A DNA stretch of 64,000 nt. Source: Camelus dromedarius (taxonomy: Eukaryota). The notes under the pieces were generated by a model, which saw only the letters and a program-made list of their open reading frames with translations, did not search any database and was not told where the DNA came from. Shown in pieces: positions 12,236-25,349 of the stretch. The stretch spans positions 27,716,001-27,780,000 of the forward strand of contig NC_087437.1 of assembly GCF_036321535.1 (NCBI RefSeq), written 5' to 3'. Position numbers and translations under genes: made by a program. Positions within the stretch are counted from its first letter, which is position 1. The number at the start of each line of letters is the position of its first letter.

Positions 12236-13659
12236 GTTCTGAAGCAGAGAAAACACAAATGCTGTGCTGAAGCATAGGTCACAAAAGTTATATTAAAAGT
12301 TGTGGAGGTAGGTCACTAGTGCTGAGTTGAGACGGTTAAAAAAAAAAAATACCCAGAAAAGGCTATTTTTAGTTCAGCTGACAAGTAGGCTTTTTTTTCT
12401 TGCATTGGTTTCTGCATGGGTAGTGAAACTGTATTCAAAATTACACAGAATAATGAGCAGTTTCTGGGTAAACGAGAATCGCCAGCATGTGCTATAGAAT
12501 TTTTTTTAGATGCATTAATTTCAGAAAAGAAGTGGCATTCAGCATTAATGCTGAATGCTTATAATGACTATAATTATAATATTAAATACAAAGACTGGTA
12601 AGCCATTGAAAATATTTGATGCCATAAATGGGCATATGTATAGTAGCTAGCTAACAAGCATAAACATGACTTCTGAAATTTACATTTCATAACTCAGCAT
12701 TTTTAAATCTTAAATCTAAATTAATTTCAATTTTAACATTTAGTCAGGCAGTTTTGATGACTTATTTGAAAAACCTGAAAATTAACATTTACTTTGGAGT
12801 TAAAGATCACAAGTTAAATCATTAACTATATCCATTACTTATAGTTTGACACTAGAAAAATATTCTAAGCATAAATTCATATTATGTATAACTTTTCCTA
12901 CATGTATGTTTTCTATTAATAAATAGATACATAAAATGGAAATGCTCACCCCCATGTTTTCTGTCATATGAAAAATCACTGCATGCAAATGGCAAATATT
13001 ACATAATCTTTGAAAAGTAATAATTATAATTTATAAGATTAGTCTATAGAGAAAACAGATAAAAATCAAGATGAATATGCCCATAACAGAACATACTAGA
13101 GAGCGTGTGTATATATGTGTCTGACACGGTCAGAGTGATGGTGGTCCTAAATACATTTCACCTCGTGGAGGCCTCAATGCTGTGACCTTTCATAAAGTGT
13201 TTTGCAATTTTAGGGTAGAATAAGTTAAGTACAGATTGTTCTAAAATTTAAAATGTTCAGTAGGAGACTCTGAAGAGTGAAATAATGAAGTACGTCTCTT
13301 CAGAACCTTGACTGCATTACAAAATCCCTTCTTAGTTTTGGAGAGAGAGATTGAGTACATTTACACAGTTGCCATTTTAAAACTGTCACTATTATGGGAG
13401 CAAATGAGATTTTTATTCTTTTTAATTACATAAACTCAGTAAGAAGTTGGCCCTTAGAGTTAGGCATATGAAAAGATTGGTTTTTATATAATTTATATTA
13501 TTTTCTATTACTCTTGAAAGGATTAGGTCTCTTTAGAAAAACTTACTTTTATGTGCAGAGTCTGTGTGCTGCTAGCCTCACGGTATCACATTTTCCACTT
13601 CAGAAGTTGTACAGCTAAATAGATAAAGAAGATAATCTCAACACAAAGGTATGGTTTAC

Positions 13660-14557
13660 CTGTGCCACTGGTCGACGACAGCCTTAGATGGTAGCCTCCA
13701 GATTATTTTTGGTTTTGGTTCCCCAGTGGCTGAGCAGTTCAGTAGTAATTTGTCCCCTAAATTCACCTCCATCCATTTCTGGGATGCAAATTCTATCCTG
13801 GGGATGGTCTCTTGCTCCTCCACTGTAAGAATTACCACCCTTCTTTCCGAACCAGTGGAGCTGGTAGCAATGCATTCGTAAGTGCCCCTGTCTGAAGAGG
13901 CTACGTTTCTTATAAACAGAGTCCCATTTGAAAATAAGAACTTGGAATCGATCAATTCTAATGGTCTCACCTCAGTGCCATCAGAGAGGACCCAGTGAAC
14001 GGTGGGCTGAGGAGTTCCTTTTACAGTACAGGGCAGTTTCAAGCTTCCACCCCAAGTCCCTGCAACAACTTGCCTCTTTTGCTCTAGAATAACAGGCGGG
14101 GCTGCAACGACTTGTATTTTAACCAGCAGTGAGTCCTGGCCCACCGGGTTGCTGGCCACGCACTTGTAGAAGCCCCGGTCGTAAATGCTGATAAAGTGGA
14201 TGAGCAGCGTTCCATCAGATGTCACCAGGGCCTGCCGATTCCCCTCGGATGATTCGGAGACCACTGTTTGGTTTGCAAGAATCCAGGAAATCGTAGGGCT
14301 TGGCCTACCTTCAGCCCTGCACTTCAGTTCCACCGTACTTCCAGAATGGACTGTGATGTCTTTAGTACGTCTCTCCAGGATCCTGGGGGGATAGGAAACC
14401 ACGGACAAGGTGACATGAAGGCGATCTGTGCCAAAAGGATTGGATGCTGAGCACAGGTACTGTCCACGGTCCTGAATGTCCACCCTCTGTATGGACAGGG
14501 TGCCATTGGGGAGCACCTGGAACCTGCTATTCTGTTTCCTTTTAGACAAATCAAGTC
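13660..14557 (-). CDS. IGSF10: IGSF10 coding exon 5 (898 nt), Ig domains
   Basis: Acceptor ttcttatcag (AG at 14559-14558), donor GTAAAC from 13659; 297-aa Ig ORF; phases compatible with both neighbours. Confidence 0.97.
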
Positions 14558-15014
14558 CTGATAAGAAGAAAGAAATTTATAGGCATAGGTCATCAAAGTT
14601 TAGACAGAAAACAGATAGTTAACATGGAAGTCTCAAGAGGAAGGCTATCTTTTTGTTAGGCTACTGGGAACAAATACATCTGAGTCTTCAGATTGCTAAA
14701 ATTATTTCTGGATTTTTTTTATCCCCACAATGTTAATATAAAAGCCAGATGGTTCAACACAAGGACCACTCTCTCTTTTTCAAACATTTCTTTGATCTGC
14801 TTTCAAAGCATTTCAAAAAAAACAGCCTTAACATATGTTTTAAAACCTTCTATTGAGCAAAACACCATGCATGTATCAAACGAGGGTATTAATGGTTTTT
14901 GTGTCTTAGATAAATGTCATGTTCATGTTGATACTTTGGCGATGTAACCCTGAAACATAACAGTATTTTGTTTTGTAACTAAGGAAGACTGGCTGTAAAG
15001 AAAGTTTCAAATAC

Positions 15015-18000
15015 CTGATGAGACTCTGGTCCAGTGGATAGTAGGCTTGGGATTTCCAACAGCCTCACAAGGAAGAAAGGCATCTGAGTTAGCAGGAACA
15101 GTAAAACTTGCTGCTTTTCCTCCAATGATCCTGGGTCTTTCAAATATATTCCTAGACAAAGAGTCAAGGGGAAGGAGTTTGGAAGTTGTTGTTTTTTGAA
15201 CTGATGTCTTATCAAAGGTACTTTTCTTTGCATTCTTCTGTATATCCCAATTTGATGCATGAGTGGTGTCCTCTGGCAAACCTGGAGCAGGCAGTACGCT
15301 CACAACTGGCTTTTTGCCTTTTCCGGCAATTTCTGGGTGTGACTTGCGCCAAAAGTGGTTTTCTGACCAGAGAGAGGGAGTCAACTTAGAATTCTGTGGT
15401 TTAACTGTTATTAGTGCCGGCATAGGAGTAGAATGTAACAGAATGGAGTCAATAACGTAGGTGGTTCCAATGGTGAGTGTGGCATCTGGGTGAGTTTTGG
15501 GAGATGCTGCTGCTGACTGCTGTGGATTAGCATTGTGCCTTGAAGATTCATGTGGCTCAACCATTGTACTTGTCCTCATCCTGAAAATGGGAGTTGTCAG
15601 ATTGTCAGTAACTTGACTTTGGTTACTCAAGGGAGGGGAGGTGGGAATTGGCACTGAAGTGGCACTGGTGCTTAGGAATGGTGGCATGGATGCACGTCTG
15701 ATGACAGGCGTGGTACTCTGATGTGGTTTGCTGGACAAAGCGGTTTCAGAAGCAGCTGTGCTCGTCAAAGTCTGAGTACTTTCCTGGGGTGGTTCTTCAA
15801 TTACACCTGTCAGATTAAAGGGTCTTGGATGAAGACCGATTGTGCTTGACATTTCTTTTATGTTGTCTACAGGGGAATGAGTAAAAGCAGACACAGTGGG
15901 CTTGGTTGAAGTTTCAGCTGCGGTTAGAACAGGAGGTGTCACAGTGGTGGATGTAATGAACCCAGAAGTCTGGCTGGGAGAGGTGTTTGGGTCATTCCTG
16001 TTCTTCAGAGGCTCCTTTTCCCCTTGTCCTTTTTGTGCTCTGGGTCTGGCTATTTGGGTTTTGTTGATAATGACAGATGCAGGGGTGGTAGGACCAGTTG
16101 TCAGTGTGGCTGTTTGCATTGATAGGAAATTTGTACTTGATTCTTCACTTAAGGCACCAGGAGGTGCAGGGTAACCGGGTAGGAAGGGCAGCTCCTTCAC
16201 TGTTCGGCTCCCCCCAGGACTGTGTGTTTTACTGGTACTGTGATGAGTTGCAGCTGATGTTATGGGTGGACTTTGCATCACACTTGCTGAGAGTGTTGTG
16301 GAATGGAAGGCGGAAACTTTATCTGTGGGTAAAGCAGGAGCTATTTTAGGAAGCACCGTGTCTGTGCTTTTTTGGGAACCGAATTTATGCTGATTCTTTA
16401 GCTTTTCTTTTTGGATACGGTTATTTACAAATATCTGATACCAGGGAATTTTCCTTCTTAAAAATCTTGTAACGGCTATAGTAGTAGGCAAGGGTGGCTT
16501 GATGGTGGGACCTGGAAGTGGCGATACAATCACTGAGTCTCCTTTAGCTTCACTCGTGTTAGACTCGCTTGGGTAACTAGTATTTGTCATACGAATTTTT
16601 TCCATAGATCTGACTGTTGGGGCACGAGTCATGACTGCACTAGTTGGAGTCACTTGGGTACTTTCAGCGCTGAAATATTTTATTGTGGGTGTTGTTTTCT
16701 CAACACCTACATTTGGTTTGTTCTCAAATAGTAATGATGGATTGTGGACTGGAGTTGTAGATTCTTCTGCTGAGACTCTGGCAATTTCAGCTTTGGGGAG
16801 GGTGATGGGGGGAGAACTTGGAAAAGGCAGTGCTGCTGCAATAGTGGTGAGTCCCTCTCGGGGAGAACAGGATGGGCATCCCACATTGAGCTCTGTGGCT
16901 GAAAGCGGAGTAGTCTTTTCTTCAGAAGAACCTCTCAATGTTGGCCTCACAAAGCTGTATCTATGCTGTCGGAGAATCGGAGTTCTATATGGGCTGATAA
17001 TTCGCCCTCTGTTCCAAATTTTCCTCCGTCTTCCAAAGCGTCTGGACAGTGGCATATTAATTGTACTATTTCTAGGAATCTGTAACTGAGAATGAGCAGC
17101 AGTGTATGGGCCCGAAGGGAGCTTAGAGATGCTAAGTTTTTGAGTAATGTGAGAATGGGAGTGATTGCTCCTGGGTTTGCCGACTCTTGGTACAGATGTC
17201 TGATGACTGTTCGTGGCATTGAATGACGCTAAAAATATGTCAGCTTTGCTGTTAGCACTAGTAAGCATTTTGATATGGACATCTTTGATCGTAGCCCCCC
17301 CAGTTATTGGGGGTGCACTCTGCAAATGCTCTTTTGTCCCCACATAATCAACATTCTGAAACTGAGTTGCTTCAGATCGTAGAGCAAAGACAGTAGACAA
17401 ATTCTGGCTGGCTGTGCCTTGCATTTTGCTTGATGTGGTTGGGTTTATCTTGTTGGACATGGCTCTAGTTTTAATAGTAGTAGATGGTCTGAAATCTGTT
17501 GGGTTTTCAGGTGGTAGTATCTGGGGACTCACAATTGGGGAGACTTCAGGGCCAGCACTTGTCACGGGGCTATCAGGTAATTTTCTGGAATCAACAGTCA
17601 CTGTCCTTGCTACAATGTTGGGAGTTTTTGTTGCCAGGACCGAAGCTTCCTCATCTGGAAGGAGCATGCCTGAGGAGTCTACTTCCTCACCAGGTATTTC
17701 CAGGAGTTGGGTGATTGGTGGAGATGGCTTTGCTGTGGTACTTTCTCCCTTCTCTGGCATGGTGGTCTTTTTAGCTTTCTCCAAAAGTGCTGCCCAGTGC
17801 TGTGGGTCAACTTTCCGGGCAGAGGGAGGGAACTGCCTCCTGTGCTCCCTGAAACGTTGGCTAGTTGACTGTCCACGCCGCTGGTGTGTTAACACCCTGT
17901 GTTTATACTTCTTATTTGCATTCAAGATTTGTTTTCCAGCCTCAGCTCCCGTTGGAGAAGATGTGGGGAGCTGTGCAGCAGGTGGGTCCTTAAGCTGAGC

Positions 18001-19346
18001 AGTGGGACTGGGCTCATCAAGTCCAGATCCATCTATTTCTGTATTATGCTCCACTGGCCTTTGACCTTTTGTTTTGACTGAAACTTGGTTAATTAAAAAA
18101 TCAACCCCTGATGGGTTGGCTGCTACACACCAATAATAACCCTGATCTTTCTGACTGACCTGTGGTATTTTTAGTGTGCCATTGTGAAGAACTTGTTTAT
18201 CTCTTGAGGACTGGTGGAGCACAGTGTTTCCGGGAAGAACCCAGCTAACAGAGGCATCTGGGGTACCAGTAGAATGGCATGGAAGGTCAAGTGTTTCACC
18301 AATGAAAACTGTATGGTGAGCCCCATTTTCCTGATCAGCTTCTATGTAGGGCTCTACCACAGTAATCCTGTAGGTGAGGATGTCTGCATCATTGTAATTG
18401 GTGCTTATGCAGTGGTACACGCCTGTGTCAAAACTATCAGCCATCTGGAGTTCCAGTTTTCCACTTTTGTCTATCAGGATCCGCCCATCCTCACTAACAT
18501 ACGGGGCTCTCACTTTACTTCCATCAGCCAGAAGCCACTCCAAATGTGGGGGAGGGTCTCCTTGGCCTGGGCAGTCTAGGTCAATGGTCCCACCAACCAA
18601 AACAGTGTGTTCCAGCTTAGTACTGTTATCCCTGGAAATCATGGTCCATTTATGTTTCTCTGGCCTCATCTCTTCCCTCGGTAAAGTGATGTGAGCATTG
18701 CTCGAGTACTGGATCTGCAATGTACCGAGTGTGGTGGCAGTTCTGTTTAGCTGCAAGGAGATTTGGTCTTGCATTAACCAAGGGGGATCTGCTCTGAGAT
18801 CAGCCTCTATGTTGGTAAAGATGTTTTCAGGCTTCAGTACCACCTGTTTATATTTGTAGCAGAGCTGTGGTGTTTCAGTGAGCAAGTGGCTCCTTTCTAG
18901 TATCAGAGGAGAGTCGCTGTACAAAGCCAGAACTTGCCACACTGGCTGAATGTGACTGTAATCTAGGTGACATGCCAGAAATGTTGCAAATGATGCATTT
19001 AGCATGACGTGGTCATTTTCTTCAGTGAATACAATGGATGATGTCATTGAGGGTTTTGGGATACTGCAGACCATGTTAGCTTCATTTCCAGACTGGTCTG
19101 TCATATTCAAAGTGAGGGAGCCGAAGGGTGCCATGAAATCTTGGGGAGAGATGGACACAGAACTGCTGTCTTCCGAAACAGTCAGGCTCTTCAGTTTCAG
19201 GGAGGGGTCAATGGTTGGCTTGGTACACAGGAAGGCTGCAGCTGGGACTATAACCAACGGCTTCCCTTTAGAGGTCCCGGGGTTCATGCAGAGTGGACAC
19301 TGCTGAGGATTTGAGGGACTTCTGTCTTTTTTGCATTTTATTATGT
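15015..19346 (-). CDS. IGSF10: IGSF10 giant coding exon 4 (4332 nt): end of LRRCT, two Ig domains, long S/T/P-rich linker, start of next Ig
   Basis: 1458-aa ORF; acceptor ttttctag (AG at 19348-19347), donor GTATTT from 15014; phase 1-1. Confidence 0.97.
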
Positions 19347-20094
19347 CTAGAAAAGAGGACAGTTGGGCTTTATGAATAAACATTTGAACATTTTGGATAA
19401 ATAGCTTTTGATAGAATTTAAAACAATTAGAAAATTTTAGTGTTCGATAGAAAGTCTCCTACTTTTTTTTTGTCTTTGGGTTGATTTGTAAAAGTGATAT
19501 TGTCTATATACCCAGTCATAATATTATATCCATAAGCACAATGATTTTGGTTGGTTCACTGCTGTATTTCCCATGCCTAGAAAGCACTGATATACATTTG
19601 GCACTCAGTAAATATTGGTTAGTTTCCTTATCTAAGGAAACTAAATGATATGCTTATGTTTGTCACCTTTTATTAATTTATCTGTTATTTAGTTCTGTTT
19701 CTCCATTTTAATGTTTTAAGACTCAGAGAACTTTGCTGTCCTTGAAGAGATAACCTGTTTGATAAATTACCATTTATAAGTCCTTGGACATAATGAAAAT
19801 CCCAAGTTTCTCTCTATTACCGAAAGAGCCATGAATGAATGATACCGTATCTTGGCCTGGTCTAGCTTAGTTGCAAGTCAGCCTTTTGATGGTGAATACC
19901 AAATGAGTCCACCATTCACTTATGGTCTTAATTGTGCGTGTGCATAATAATTAGCCAAACCCATTAGGGCCAACATTTCTGTCATGTCTAAATAATCAAG
20001 TGTTCTCTTTTGACTGAAATGCCTTATGATCATTCTACGAGATTTAATCAGTCACATCAACTTCTACTTTGAAATTTCTTTCATCTATCCCAAG

Positions 20095-21543
20095 AGATAA
20101 TAAAACAAGAGCCTACCTATATGCTGCCCACAAGAGACTGAGTGAAGGACACACAGATTCAAAGTGAGAGGATAAAAAAAGATATTTCATGCAAATGGAA
20201 GTGACAAGAAAGCAGGGGTAGCAATACTCAAATCAGACAAAATAGACTTTAAAAAAAGGCCATAAAGAAAGATAAAAGAGGACAATATATAATGATCAAA
20301 GGAGCAATATATAATGAAGAGAATATTACACTCATTAACATATATGCACCCAATACAGGAGCACCTAAATATATAAAACAAATACTAACAGACATAAAGG
20401 GAGAAATTGAAATGGGGACACAATAATAGTAGACTTTAACACCTCACTAACATCACTGGATAGATGTTCTAGACAGGAAATCAGTAAGGCAATGGAGATA
20501 CTAAATGACATAATAGAACAGTTGGACTTAGTTGATACTTTTAGGACATCACAGTCCAAAAAACCAGAATATCCATTCTTTTCAAGTTTGCATGGAACAT
20601 TCTCTAGGATACACCACATTCAGATACAAAAGAAGCCTCAAGAAATTTAAGAGGATAGAAATTATTTCAAGCATCTATTCTGACCACAATGACACAAAAT
20701 TTATGGGATGCAGCAAAAACAGTCCTAAGAGGGAAGTTGACAGCAATACAGGTCTTCCTCAAAAAAAAAAAAAAAAAAAAACAAGAACAATCACAAATAA
20801 CCTAATCTACCACCTAAAAGAATTAGAAAAAAAGAACTAACAATACCTAAAGTCAGCAGAAGGAAAGAAATAATAAATACATAAGAATCAAACCAAGAGC
20901 TGGGTTTTTGAAATAGTAAACAAAATTGACAAACCTCTGGCCAGGCTCACCAAGAAGAAAAGAGAGATAAAATAAGAAAGGAAAATGGAAAAATTACAAC
21001 CAACATCACAGAAATACCAAAAACCATAAGAATACAATGAACAACTATATGGCAACAAATTGGACAACCTAGAAGAAATGGACAAGTTTCTGGAAACATA
21101 CAGTCCACCAAAACTGAATCAAGAAGAAACAGATTAATTTGAACAGACTGATCACTAGAAATGAAATAAAAACTTACCTGTAAACAAAAATCCAGGACCA
21201 GATGGCTTCACTGGGGAATTCTACCAAACATACAAAAGAAGAGCTCGTACTGATCCTTCTCAAATTCTTCCAAAAGACTGAAGAGGAGGGAATATTCCCA
21301 AACTCATTCTATGAAGCCACCATCACCCTGATACCAAAGCCACCATCAAAAGAGAATATTACAGGCCAATATTGTTGAATATAGATGCAAAAAATTCTCG
21401 ACAAAATATTAGCAAACAGAATCCAACAACACAAAAAAGATTATACACCATGATCAAGTTGGGTTCACCCCAGGGACACAAGGATGATTCAACATATGCA
21501 AGTCAGTCAACATGATACACCACATCAACAAAAGAAAGGCCAA
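20095..21543 (+). mobile_element. L1 ORF2 internal fragment (endonuclease to start of RT), decayed, antisense to IGSF10
   Basis: L1 motifs tatatgcacccaatacaggagcacc, ccaggaccagatggcttcactggggaattctacc, catgatcaagttgggttc; frameshifts and deletions; no poly(A) tail. Confidence 0.93.
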
Positions 21544-22679
21544 GAGGTTCTCATACCTTCATTTGCCATACCTTTGCCATACCTCAGTAGTCAGGTGTAA
21601 CACAGCTTCATCTAGTTGTAGGTACCTTCCATTCTTAGGTTCCATAAAGCTCTACGTGTTGCTTTTCTGTGAAATATGGATTTGTGGCCATTTTGCTGAC
21701 AAACATTTGTTTCATAAATATTAAATTTATGTTCTGCTGCTCTGTTTCCAGGTCTTCCGATATACATAATAACTTCTTATTTTAATGCCAAAGTAGGGTG
21801 TAATAACATTTTAAGTGGCAAACTTAACATATGTAATACAACAGGATGAAGAGGATGAGATGGATACAGGAGATAATGAAGCTGGTAGAACCAATAAGAA
21901 TGAAGATGTGGTTGAACACAGAGGGTGATTGAGAAGAGTGTAGGGAGACACAGTCTTAAGTTTGGTAACTGGATTGGTTGAGACAGACTCACTGGAGGAG
22001 GATCAGTTTTGATGGGAAAGGAAGAACATTGTGCCCAAGCAACAGGGCAGCCCATTAAAGGTCTGCCGTTTTGGTGAAGTCAGAAGCCTGAAAAGTCTTT
22101 TAACTCAAGAAGCATCCTAAGCCTTTCCAAATCATAGAAACCTCCTCTTTCAGGCATTTCAGATATCATGTCCCCATTCATTTAAATATACTGCTCTGGT
22201 GAAACTATTTAAAATGACTGGTCACTGAAATACTTGATAAGAGGTAGAGGATTTTACCTTACAAAATGCAGCCAGGGACTTCCACGCTGTTCCATGTAGT
22301 AGCTCCCATATCATGCATTAGACACAGCATTTAAAAGAAGCACTGCACTACTTAGAAGATTTCATTTGCTACAGTGGCTGGACAGGGTCAAATCACCTTC
22401 CCATCTGTGCACTTAGTGCGACAGGTAATCTGGCTACTCAGCATTCTTCAGCACATTTTAAAGTCTCAACTTACACAGAGGAGGTAGCTGGCAAGCCTGC
22501 AAACCTCTGTGAGCGCTCATGAGAGGCTCTTCTCAACCACCCACTTAACCAGTACCCTGGGCTCAGGCCCTGCTATTGCAAGGAACATGACGGACTCCTG
22601 GCTTAATTAAACCTCATCACAGAATTAGACTCACATCTTGGTTTGATTATTGCTAGGCCCTGGACATCAGGTATTTTAC

Positions 22680-23060
22680 CTCAGATGCAAATCTGATCAC
22701 GTTCTTTCCATTCTCTCCATCACACTAGGTTCCATTCCCGCAGAAGTGCCTTCCATTCCTCAGCCCCGCCATGCCCTATCAGGCTCCGCCGGAGGCTACT
22801 CCTCGTACTTCCAATGCACTCGCTGTCTGACACACCCTCTTCCATCACTGCCTAGCTGCTTAGCTCCTCCACGACCCAGCCGCAAGAGCACTGCTGCTGC
22901 GCGGGCTCCCTGCTTTGTGTTCTCCTGGTACCTTCCACTTCTTCCTAGCCCTCCCCACCCACTAGTAGAATGACTTGTCTAGCTGTCTGTCTCGCACAAG
23001 ACTAAGCCCCATACTGTTCAGTACTCTTCATCTGTATGTTCCTAGTCCTGGCCAGTGGAC
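22680..23060 (+). mobile_element. Degenerate L2 fragment
   Basis: tgcaaatctgatcacgtt and pyrimidine-rich body ending tgtatgttcctagtcctggccagtg. Confidence 0.45.
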
Positions 23061-24105
23061 GGTCAGGAAAGATTGGAAGAAGAAAGGACAGTCTAAATCT
23101 GAGAGCCTATTTCTTCCACATTTTAACTTACAAATTAAGATGTGTCTTACAACTGAAGGCATTTTCAGTAGCAGATGACCCGCTGGCAGTCTTGATATAG
23201 CTATCACTGCCTGCACACACACAAGTACTGTCATAGCCATTTATCCACATTGTTTTCTCTTCAACTGAGTTACATGCGCTGTTGGCATTACATATATTAA
23301 GTTTGCCGCTTAAAGTGTTTTTCATTAAAATTACATTTTGCTTTGGCATTAAAATAAGAAATTATTTATACAGGCAGGCTTGGAAACAGCAGTAAGACAA
23401 ATTTAAAATTGTGAAACAAATGTTTGTCAGAGAAATAGTCACAAATTCATATTTCATACAAAAGCAACACCTAGGGCTTTGCCAAACCTAAGAACGGAAA
23501 ATACCCACAAATAGATGAAGCTGCGTTGCACCTGACTCCTGAGATGCGTGCGAAGGGAGTGCCAAGTGAGGCAACGGAAGGTAAGAGAAAGTGTCAACCT
23601 CTTGGAGTAGATGAAAAAAATTTCAAAACAGAAGTTGATGTGACTGATTCATGAGTCTCATAGAATGATCCTTAAGGCATCTCAAAGGATATTTGATTAT
23701 TTAGACACACTGAGAAATGTTAGCCCTAATGGGTTTGGCTCATTTATACATACACATACACACATATATATGTCACATACATATACACATATATATCACA
23801 CAGTTAAGACCATAAGTGGCTCGTGGACTTGTTTGTTGTCACCAGCAAGATGGCTATTTAATAAAAGCTTAGTTTAACGAAAATTACTCAGTACCAATAT
23901 GCTCTAGGCACATTCTAGGGGATCGAGATAGATAAATTAGACATAGGAAAGGCAACAGACATTTAATAAATATAATGAATGTTACCCATTGAAGATTGAA
24001 GTGTGGACAAGCTGGGGAAGTGGTGAAATGATTATTCAGAAGCAGAGGAGCAGCCAGGCTTCCCAGGAGGGTGAGTGCTGAGCAGTCAGTGGCTGCTCCA
24101 TTTAC

Positions 24106-24443
24106 ATTTGTGTCATTTTTTTAGATTCCGCATGTAAGTGAAATCATATATTTGTCTTTCTCTGTCTGACTTACTTCACTTAATATGATAATCTCTAGGT
24201 CCATCCATGTTGCTGCAGAACAAATTTACAGTTATCAAGGGGGAAAGCGGGGAGGGATAAATTAGGAGTTTGGGATTAGCAGATTCAAACTACTGTATAC
24301 AAAATAGATAAACAACAAGGTCCTACTGTATAGCATGGCGAAGTATATTCAATATCTTGTGACAACCCATAATAAAAAATATGAAAAATAATATAAACGT
24401 ATAAATGAATCACTGTCTGTACACCAGAAACTTGTAAATCAAC
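24106..24443 (+). mobile_element. Short 5'-inverted L1 3'-end insertion (inverted ~24106-24217, forward ~24218-24443)
   Basis: First part is the reverse complement of the L1 ORF2-end sequence gcagcaacatggatggacctagagattatc; second part is forward L1 3' UTR gggataaattaggagtttggg...ctactgtatagca. Confidence 0.85.
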
Positions 24444-24885
24444 CCTTCATGGCAAATCCTACTTTCCCCGACACAGCACCTTTCACACTGACTGCTGCTT
24501 CTCTGTGTCCCACCAGAAACATGGTTAGAGCAGAGCTCTCGGTAGTCCCACCACTGAGCACAGGGCCTTGAACAGAACTCCAAAAAACATGCATTGACTG
24601 AATAACTAAGAGGAAGATAAGAGGGAAGGATTCTTATGGTTCATGGGAAGAGTAATGCACATATTTCTCTATTTCCACTTTTGCCAAAAGCCAGGAGGCT
24701 AGTTGACCTGAAGCAATGAAAGATTAATTCATTCTTGAATTGAGACAGTTCATTCTCACTGCATTATTATTTAAACTTCACTTTCTTTCCAGCTAAACTA
24801 CCTTGGCCTCCCTACCCACTCATAAAACATCTCCAGGCAGATTTCTTCTATTAAATTAGGACAACGAAAGAAACGGTCTAGATAC

Positions 24886-25276
24886 CTGGCTTCTCCTGTA
24901 TCCAGTCAGACAACCATTTCAAATGACAGTCGCAGGTCCAGGGATTCCCGTGAAGATAAAGGCTTTCCAGATCAGGCATATAGGAGACCGCCTCTTGAGG
25001 GAGGGAGCTCAGAAAGTTATCAGACAAGTATAAGTACTTAATGAAAGATGTTTTAAATATCCGGAGGTAACGTAAAGAGACAAATGTATCTGGATGGAGC
25101 TTAGTGAGCTGGTTTCCTTCCAACTGTACCAGTCGGAGAGAGGTGAGTCCATAAAAAACCTCTGGGTTTATAAATTCAATATTGTTGTGATCCATATGCA
25201 ACCGTGTCAAGCTCCAGAGACCATAAAAAGTGTCCTTCTGAAGTTTTCGAACTTTGTTATAGCTCATTTTTAAGAC
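24886..25276 (-). CDS. IGSF10: IGSF10 coding exon 3 (391 nt): LRRs and LRRCT start (NPWTCDC)
   Basis: LxxLxLxxN repeats; acceptor ttcttag (AG at 25278-25277); donor GTATCT from 24885. Confidence 0.97.
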
Positions 25277-25349
25277 CTAAGAATAAAAAGAACATGCTTA
25301 TTTTGTCAAAGGAGTTATCACAAAAGGGAAAATTATATCAGTAATAAAA

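Noticed and set aside
15186..19306. + strand ORFs up to 194 aa opposite IGSF10 exon 4
   Set aside because: Antisense shadow frames of S/T/P-rich codons; no independent gene signals
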